Below, one piece after another: positions 57,827 through 64,000 of a DNA stretch of 64,000 nt (the first letter of the stretch is position 1; every line of letters starts with the position of its first letter). The DNA lies in NCBI GenBank assembly GCA_963724765.1, contig CAVRVY010000001.1, positions 992,001 to 1,056,000 of the forward strand. The letters are read 5' to 3'. The notes under the pieces are model-generated. The model was given only the letters and a program-made list of their open reading frames with translations, did no database searches and was not told where the DNA came from. Both the position numbers and the translations under genes were made by a program. This DNA is from an uncultured delta proteobacterium (GTDB lineage Bacteria > Desulfobacterota > Binatia > Binatales > Binataceae).

Positions 57827-58621
57827 TTGAAGGACGTATTCAGCGTCGAAGGCAAGGTCACAATCGTAACCGGCGGCGGCACCGGAATCGGCGCCGTGAT
57901 CGCGCGCGAGTTCGCGCTGCGCGGAGCGCCGGTGCTGGTCGCAAGCCGCAACGCCGGGCATCTGGAGCCCGTGCGCGACGCCATCCGCAAGGCCGGCGGC
58001 AAGTGCGAGATGGCGGTGTGCGACGTGCGCAACGCGGAGTCATGCGACGCGCTGGTGGCCGAAGCGGTCAAGTACTTCGGCCGGCTCGACGTGATGATCA
58101 ACAACCACGGCGCGAGCATCGCCGCCCCCAGCCTCAAGCTCTCGCCCAACGGCTGGCGCGCGGTGGTTTCGATCAACCTCGACGGCGTGTTTTTCTGTTC
58201 CAAGGCCGCCGCCCGCCAGTTCGTCGAGCAAAAGGGCCCCGGCACTATCATCAACCTGTCCTCCACCGCCGGCGTTCACGGCTCGGCCACGATGCTGCCC
58301 TATGCGGCGTCCAAGGCCGGCGTGATCAAGCTCACCGAATCGCAGGCCGCCGAGTGGGGCCATCTGGGTATCCGCGTCAACTGTATTGCGCCCGGCCCGG
58401 TCACCACCGAGGGCGCCGCCGAACGTATCTGGCCCAATGAGAAGGTCAAGGCCGCGATGCTGATGTCGCGCGCGCTGCAACGCTTCGGAACCTGCGAGGA
58501 AATCGCCTACCCGTGCATCTTCCTCGCCTCCGACGCGGCGAGTTTCATCACCGGCGCGCTGCTAATCGCCGACGGCGGGAACCTGCGTTACGGCGACGCG
58601 TTGCAAATCCTGCCCGAGTAA
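57827..58621 (+). CDS. SDR oxidoreductase (2,4-dienoyl-CoA reductase-like)
   Basis: TGGGTGIG, YAASK and NCIAPG motifs. Confidence 0.9.
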   Translation: MKDVFSVEGKVTIVTGGGTGIGAVIAREFALRGAPVLVASRNAGHLEPVRDAIRKAGGKCEMAVCDVRNAESCDALVAEAVKYFGRLDVMINNHGASIAAPSLKLSPNGWRAVVSINLDGVFFCSKAAARQFVEQKGPGTIINLSSTAGVHGSATMLPYAASKAGVIKLTESQAAEWGHLGIRVNCIAPGPVTTEGAAERIWPNEKVKAAMLMSRALQRFGTCEEIAYPCIFLASDAASFITGALLIADGGNLRYGDALQILPE

Positions 58622-58769
58622 GTCCCGCCCGAATAAGCCCTGCCCGAGTAACGGTCGGGCAGGGGCGCGGCACGGCTCGGCAAGGCGGCGCTTGTCGCAG
58701 CGCGGCGCGCCGTGGTATCCGAAATCGCGCGCTGTTGGATTCGGGCCGCCGCCGAAGGGATAGAGAAAC

Positions 58770-59915
58770 TTGGATTTCGGATTCAGCGAAGAGCAGGAGA
58801 TGCTGCGCCAGAGCGCCAGGTCGCTGCTCGAGCGCGAATGTCCCTCCACGCACGTGCGTCAGATGATGGAGGACGAGCGCGGATATTCGCCCGAGCTGTG
58901 GCGCAAGATGGCGTCCCTCGGATGGCTCGGCCTCGTGCTGCCCGAAGAGCATGGCGGTGCCGGACTCAACTACGTCGATTTGGTGGTGGTGGCGGAGGAG
59001 ATGGGCCGCGTGCTGCTGCCGTCGCCATTTATCTGGACTCTGATGTTCGCCGAGGCGATCAGCCGCGCCGGCTCCGACGAGCAGAAGCGCCGTTTCCTTC
59101 CCCCGATCGCGCGCGGCGAACTAATTGCCACCGCCGCCCATCTGGAGGCGAACGGAAGCTGGGAGGAAAGCGGCATCACGATGGTCGCGCGCAAAAGCGG
59201 CGCGAGTTTCGTGCTCGAGGGCGAGAAATTGTTCGTCAACGACGCGCACATCGCCGATTTCTTCCTGGTCGCGGCGCGCACCGGCGGCAAACGCGGCGGC
59301 CGCAAGGTCGACAAAGACGTGACGCTGTTCGCGATCAGCGCGAAGCGCCCCGGTATCACGGTGACGCCGCTCAAAACGATGGATCAGACGCGCAAGCTCG
59401 GTGCGATCGCGATGCGCGGCGTGAAGGCGACGGCGGCCGACGTGATCGGCGAAGTCAGTAACGGATGGCCCGTGCTGGCCGCTGCGATCGATCGCGCCAA
59501 GGTGGCGCTCGCGGCCGAGATGATGGGCGGTGCGCAGAAAGTGCTCGAGACCACGGTCGAATACACCAAGGTGCGCGAGCAATTCGGCCGCCCGATCGGC
59601 AGCTTCCAGGCAATCCAGCACAAGTGCGCGAACATGATGGTCGACGTCGAGGGAGCGAAGTCCGCCGTGTACTACGCCGCGTGGGCGGTCAGCAACGACG
59701 CCGTCGACGCCGCGACCGCCGCGGCGGTCGCCAAGGCCGCCGCCTCCGACGCTTACCGGCGCACTGCGGCCGATGGCATCCAGGTCCACGGCGGGATCGG
59801 CTTTACCTGGGAGCACGACATGCATCTTTATTTCAAGCGCGCCAAGTCCTCGGAGTTCACCTTCGGCGACGCCAATTTCAATCGCGAGATCGTGGCGCAA
59901 TTGATCGGGCTATAA
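58770..59915 (+). CDS. Acyl-CoA dehydrogenase family protein
   Basis: REQFGRPIGSFQAIQH and QVHGGIGFTWEHD motifs. Confidence 0.93.
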   Translation: MDFGFSEEQEMLRQSARSLLERECPSTHVRQMMEDERGYSPELWRKMASLGWLGLVLPEEHGGAGLNYVDLVVVAEEMGRVLLPSPFIWTLMFAEAISRAGSDEQKRRFLPPIARGELIATAAHLEANGSWEESGITMVARKSGASFVLEGEKLFVNDAHIADFFLVAARTGGKRGGRKVDKDVTLFAISAKRPGITVTPLKTMDQTRKLGAIAMRGVKATAADVIGEVSNGWPVLAAAIDRAKVALAAEMMGGAQKVLETTVEYTKVREQFGRPIGSFQAIQHKCANMMVDVEGAKSAVYYAAWAVSNDAVDAATAAAVAKAAASDAYRRTAADGIQVHGGIGFTWEHDMHLYFKRAKSSEFTFGDANFNREIVAQLIGL

Positions 59916-60002
59916 AACGGTCCGGGCTATAAATTGATCGGACTATAAATCGAGCGCGACGGGGCGGCGCGCCTGCGCGGGCCGCCAGGGAGAATTTCAA
60001 CG

Positions 60003-60461
60003 ATGGTGGACAAGAGCATAGTCGGCAAAACCGGCAAACCGTTTTCGATGCCGATCGAATGGGGCAAGGTGCGCGAGTTTGCCCGCGCGGTGCGCGATCC
60101 CAATCCGATCTATTTCGATCCTGAACTGGCCAAAAAGGAATGCGGCGGGATTCCGATACCGGTCACTTTTCTCCAGACCAGCGCCTTTTGGCAGTCCGCC
60201 GAGTCGATGCCGCCGCTCGATGTCTTCGACATGCGGCGTATCCTGCACGGCGAACAGGAGTTCGAGTTCTTCAAGCCGATCCTTGTGGGCGACACCTTGA
60301 CCGGGGTCGCGCATGTCGCCGACATCTACGAAAAGGAAGGCGGGCGCGGCGGCAAGATGACTTTCCTGGCGGTCGAAACGACCTACAGCAATCAGAAGAA
60401 CGAAAAAGTCGCACGTTCGCGCTTCGTGCTGGTCGAGACCGGCCACGCAGTCGGCGGATGA
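60003..60461 (+). CDS. MaoC-family dehydratase N-terminal-type (hot-dog) subunit
   Basis: IEWGKVREFA..DPNPIY, PVTF and LHGEQEF motifs. Confidence 0.88.
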   Translation: MVDKSIVGKTGKPFSMPIEWGKVREFARAVRDPNPIYFDPELAKKECGGIPIPVTFLQTSAFWQSAESMPPLDVFDMRRILHGEQEFEFFKPILVGDTLTGVAHVADIYEKEGGRGGKMTFLAVETTYSNQKNEKVARSRFVLVETGHAVGG

Positions 60462-60520
60462 GCTGAGCGAACAGGCGATCGCAAGTGTGCGCGGAACATT
60501 TACACCACAGTGAGGCAGCC

Positions 60521-60946
60521 ATGGCATCGAAACTGAAATTCGACACGATAAAAGTTGGCGACGCGATTCCCACCATCACGATCGACAACGTCGCGCGCCC
60601 TGATTTCGTCCGGTACGCCGGGGCCTCGGGCGATTTCGTGCCGCTACACTACGATCAGACTTTCGTCGAGGCGGCCGGTATTCCGACCGTGTTCGCGCAG
60701 GGGATGTGGACCGCGGGATGCCTTTCGCGATGCCTGACGGATTTTGCCGGCGCCGGCCAGGTCCGTCACTTCAAGGTGCGCTTCGCGCGGCAGGTATGGC
60801 CGGGCGATACGCTGACCTGCCGCGGCACGGTGACTGCCAAGAACGAAGCGAACGGCGAAAAGCTGGTCGAGGGCGAGCTCGAAGTGGTCAATCAGAAGGG
60901 CGAGGCCGCGGTCAAAGGCGCGTTCCGCGTCGCCGCGGCCTATTAA
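60521..60946 (+). CDS. MaoC-family dehydratase subunit
   Basis: YAGASGDFVPLHYD..AQGM and VWPGD motifs. Confidence 0.9.
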   Translation: MASKLKFDTIKVGDAIPTITIDNVARPDFVRYAGASGDFVPLHYDQTFVEAAGIPTVFAQGMWTAGCLSRCLTDFAGAGQVRHFKVRFARQVWPGDTLTCRGTVTAKNEANGEKLVEGELEVVNQKGEAAVKGAFRVAAAY

Positions 60947-62021
60947 GTTCTGTATAATATAGTGACAAATGCTCTGGTCGGTGCTAATATGTGGCGCATG
61001 GGTAATCCAGCGGGTGTGCGGCGGGATTTCGCTGCGTTGGAAGAGCGGCGGATGGAGGCGGCGCGATTACTGCGACAAGGGCTTAGCCAGTCCGAGGTCG
61101 CGCGAGAGTTGGGCGTACACCGCCAGTCGGTTAGCCGCTGGGCGCGGGAACTTGGAGCATCGGGAGTGCGCGGCCTGCGCAAGGCCGGACGCACCGGGCG
61201 TCCAGCGAAGCTCATCCCGGCCCAGTTGCGCGACCTCGAGCGCGCACTCAAGCGCGGACCCGAGGCGTTCGGATTTGCCAGCGGACTGTGGACCGCGAGT
61301 CGGGTGCGCGATCTCATCGAGTACCGGACCGGGGTGCGATACCACGAGGACCACGTCTGGCGCATCCTGCGCAAGCTTAACTGGACCTGCCAGCGTCCCA
61401 CTGGAAAAGCGCTCGAGCGCGACGAGCAGGCAATCCGGCAGTGGAAGAAGTACCGCTGGCCGCAGATTAAAAAAAAGCGCTCTGCGAGCGGCGCACCATA
61501 GTGTTCATCGACGAAAGCGGACTGAGCGAACGGCCGCATCGGGTGCGGACCTGGGCGCCGCGCGGGCAGACTCCGGTGCTGCAGTATCACTTCAACTGGA
61601 AGGTGCTGTCGGCCACAGCCGGCATCACCTGGTGGAACTTTTACTTCCGGCTCTATCCCACAACCATCCGCGCCCCTCAGGTGGTGGACTTCCTCGGCCA
61701 CCTGTTGCGTCATCTGCCGGGGAAGCTGTTGGTGGTGTGGGACGGACTGCCGGCGCATCGGGCGCGCTTGGTAACCGAATTTATCCGCGCGCAGCGTGGC
61801 CGGCTGGCGCTCGAGTGGCTGCCGGGTTACGCGCCGGAACTCAACCCGGTGGAGTACATCTGGGGTTACTGGAAACACCACGAACTGCCCAACTTCTGTC
61901 CCCGCGATTTCACCCAGCTCAGCCATCAGGCCCGCCGCGCGCTGCGCCGCATGCGTCGGCGCCCACGCTTGGTGAGATCCTTCTGGCATCAAGCAAAACT
62001 GTCACTATAAAATGCAGGACT
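60946..62021 (+). mobile_element. IS630-family insertion sequence
   Basis: 22-bp imperfect TIRs (AGTTCTGTATAATATAGTGACA 60946-60967; TGTCACTATAAAATGCAGGACT 62000-62021) and TA duplication at 60944-45 and 62022-23. Confidence 0.93.
60998..62010 (+). CDS. IS630 transposase (HTH OrfA + DDE OrfB joined by a -1 frameshift)
   Basis: OrfA HTH ends IKKK at A-AAA-AAG (~61470); -1 frame gives KALCERRTIVFIDES...WDG..YAPELNPVE. Confidence 0.9.
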
Positions 62022-62081
62022 TAATAGGTGTTCGCTCGATCACCCATGGCGCGCAGGGCGCGCCGAACCTAAACTTGGAGT

Positions 62082-63542
62082 GTGATGTCCGAACTGCGCT
62101 ACGTGATCATTCACGGCCATTTTTATCAGCCGCCGCGTGAAAGCCCGTGGACCGGACTCATCAGTCCCGAGCCCGGCGCCCTGCCGTTCCCGAACTGGAA
62201 CGAGAAAATTCTAAGCGAGTGCTATATCGCCAACGGGCGCGCGCACATCATGGACGGGCGCGTGGCCCATATCCGCAACAACTACGCGGCGCTTAATTTC
62301 GACTTCGGCCCGACGCTGATTAGCTGGCTGGAACGCCACGGTGCGCATGCCTATCGCGCGATCCGCCAGGGCGACCAGCAGAGCCTGCAGACGCGCGGCG
62401 GGCACGGCAACGCGATCGCGCAATCCTACAACCATTCGATTCTGCCGCTGCTGCGCCCGCGCGATCGCGCATTGCAAATCGCCTGGGGGATCGAGGATTT
62501 CGTAGTGCGCTTCAAACGCCGGCCCGAAGGGATGTGGCTGCCGGAATGCGCCGCCGACCACGATACGCTCTGCGACGTCGCGGCGGCTGGAATGAAATTC
62601 ATCATCCTGGCGCCCGAGCAGGGCACTTTTAGCGGTGCGCGGGCGGGACGCCGCGGCGCTGGCCCTTTCATCTGGCGCTCCGAATCGCGGAGCCTCGCGG
62701 TCTTTCGTTTCGATCGCGACCTTTCGCGCGCGGTTTCATTCGACCACGCCCTGGCGGACGGCGGCCAGCTCGCGAATTCGATCGCCGAGGCGGCGACGGA
62801 GATCGAGCCTGGAGGGGTCGTGATGGTCGCGACCGACGGCGAGACCTTCGGTCATCACAAGCGCCACGGCGACGCCGAGTTGGCCCGCGCGATCAACGGG
62901 CTGGAGCTGCGCGACGACGTGCGGCTCACCAACTGCGCCGAGTACCTGGCGCTCTTTCCGGAAGGTGTGGGCAGTTTCGAGATCGGCGCGCCGAGTTCAT
63001 GGAGCTGCCCGCACGGCGTCGAGCGATGGCGCGCGGCGTGCGGATGCCGCCTGGAGCAGGGGACAAACCAGGACTGGCGCGGGCCGCTGCGCGAGGCGAT
63101 GGACTTCGTGAACAATCATGCCACGGCGGTTTACGATCGTTTCGCGCCGCCCCTGGTCGACGACGCCGCGGCCGCGCTTAACGAATCGATCCGGCTTGCG
63201 AGCGACGCCAACCCGGCGCTGCACGAGGAATTTTTCGTCCGTCATCGGGTACCCTCCGAGGCCAACCGCGAGAGCCTGATGCGCCTGTTCGAGATGGAGC
63301 GGGCGGCGCAGGCGGCGCTGACCAGTTGTGCATGGTTTTTCGACGACTTCGGCGGTCCCGAGGGGCGCGTGGTGCTGCGATGGGCGGCGCGCGCGGTCGA
63401 GCTGGCCGCCGAGTTCTCGCTCAGCGTCGAGTCCGAGTTACTCGAGCGGCTGCGCCAGATCCGCTCCAACCGCCGCGAGACCGGCGACGCCGGCACGTTA
63501 TACTTGAGCCTCAAAACACGCGAAGCACGCGGGAGGGTATGA
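62082..63542 (+). CDS. Glycoside hydrolase family 57 / DUF3536 protein
   Basis: [31 protein letters not shown] and TSCAWFFDD motifs. Confidence 0.9.
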   Translation: MMSELRYVIIHGHFYQPPRESPWTGLISPEPGALPFPNWNEKILSECYIANGRAHIMDGRVAHIRNNYAALNFDFGPTLISWLERHGAHAYRAIRQGDQQSLQTRGGHGNAIAQSYNHSILPLLRPRDRALQIAWGIEDFVVRFKRRPEGMWLPECAADHDTLCDVAAAGMKFIILAPEQGTFSGARAGRRGAGPFIWRSESRSLAVFRFDRDLSRAVSFDHALADGGQLANSIAEAATEIEPGGVVMVATDGETFGHHKRHGDAELARAINGLELRDDVRLTNCAEYLALFPEGVGSFEIGAPSSWSCPHGVERWRAACGCRLEQGTNQDWRGPLREAMDFVNNHATAVYDRFAPPLVDDAAAALNESIRLASDANPALHEEFFVRHRVPSEANRESLMRLFEMERAAQAALTSCAWFFDDFGGPEGRVVLRWAARAVELAAEFSLSVESELLERLRQIRSNRRETGDAGTLYLSLKTREARGRV

Positions 63543-63547
63543 TTGCC

Positions 63548-64000
63548 ATGGCGGACACCCACCACGACGACATCGAATCAATACTCCGCGAGGGCCGCAA
63601 GTTTGCCTCGCCGCCCGAGTTCAGCCGCGCCGCTCACGTCAAGAGTATTGAAGAGTACGAGGCGCTCTACCGGCGTGCCGAGCAGGACCCGGAGGGCTTC
63701 TGGGCCGAATGCGCAAAGGAGCTGAGCTGGTTCAAACCCTTCGACAAAGTTTTGGAGTGGAAGTTCCCCTTCGCCAAGTGGTTCCTTAACGGTAAGCTCA
63801 ACGCGGCCTACAACTGCCTCGACCGTCATCTTACCACCGCGCGGCGCAACAAGGCGGCGCTCATCTGGGAGGGTGAGCCGGGCGACGCTCGCGTGCTCAC
63901 CTATCAGATGCTGGCGAGCGAGGTCGCGCGTGCGGCCAACGCGCTCAAGAGCCTCGGCGTGAAGGAAGGCGACCGCGTCGCGATCTACATGCCGCTGGTG
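63548..64000 (+). CDS. acs: Acetyl-CoA synthetase (5' part, runs off window)
   Basis: [38 protein letters not shown] and GDRVAIYMP motifs. Confidence 0.93.
   Translation, partial: MADTHHDDIESILREGRKFASPPEFSRAAHVKSIEEYEALYRRAEQDPEGFWAECAKELSWFKPFDKVLEWKFPFAKWFLNGKLNAAYNCLDRHLTTARRNKAALIWEGEPGDARVLTYQMLASEVARAANALKSLGVKEGDRVAIYMPLV

Noticed and set aside
60943-62024. 349-aa minus and 351-aa plus ORFs spanning the IS
   Set aside because: No transposase motifs; HTH and DDE motifs are in the other two plus frames.

Overview
64 kb of a high-GC diderm bacterial chromosome (TolC/RND, Slt, AmgK/MurU). The gene mix looks like Ca. Binatota or a similar deltaproteobacteria-like soil lineage, but that is inference only. 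The window opens with the end of an integrative element: a Xis-like HTH gene, a small RHH gene behind a consensus sigma70 promoter, and a tyrosine integrase next to the 3' end of tRNA-Leu(CAA). Next come an RND efflux operon with its two-component system, an SBP56/methanethiol-oxidase-like locus, bolA-grxD, KirBac and a toxin-first RelE/Phd pair. Then a CarAa/OxoO-like Rieske oxygenase operon, thiI, a persulfide dioxygenase-rhodanese, hydantoinase A/B (A frameshifted), maf-yggS-proC-yggT-yggU and a frameshifted TPR-lytic transglycosylase. The last part holds amgK-murU, an ABC-F with an 18-bp VNTR, acyl-CoA genes, an intact IS630 with a -1 slippery site, GH57 and the start of acs. The most unusual signal is a lower-GC non-coding stretch at ~48.7-49.3 kb. 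It carries two tandem tRNA-shaped RNAs with intact acceptor and T arms but aberrant anticodon arms: a Ser-like body with a 12-nt loop, and a short-arm RNA with UCA centred in a 4-bp-stem loop. Further hairpins lie upstream, divergent from a DUF429-like nuclease gene. All calls are by eye; no searches were run.
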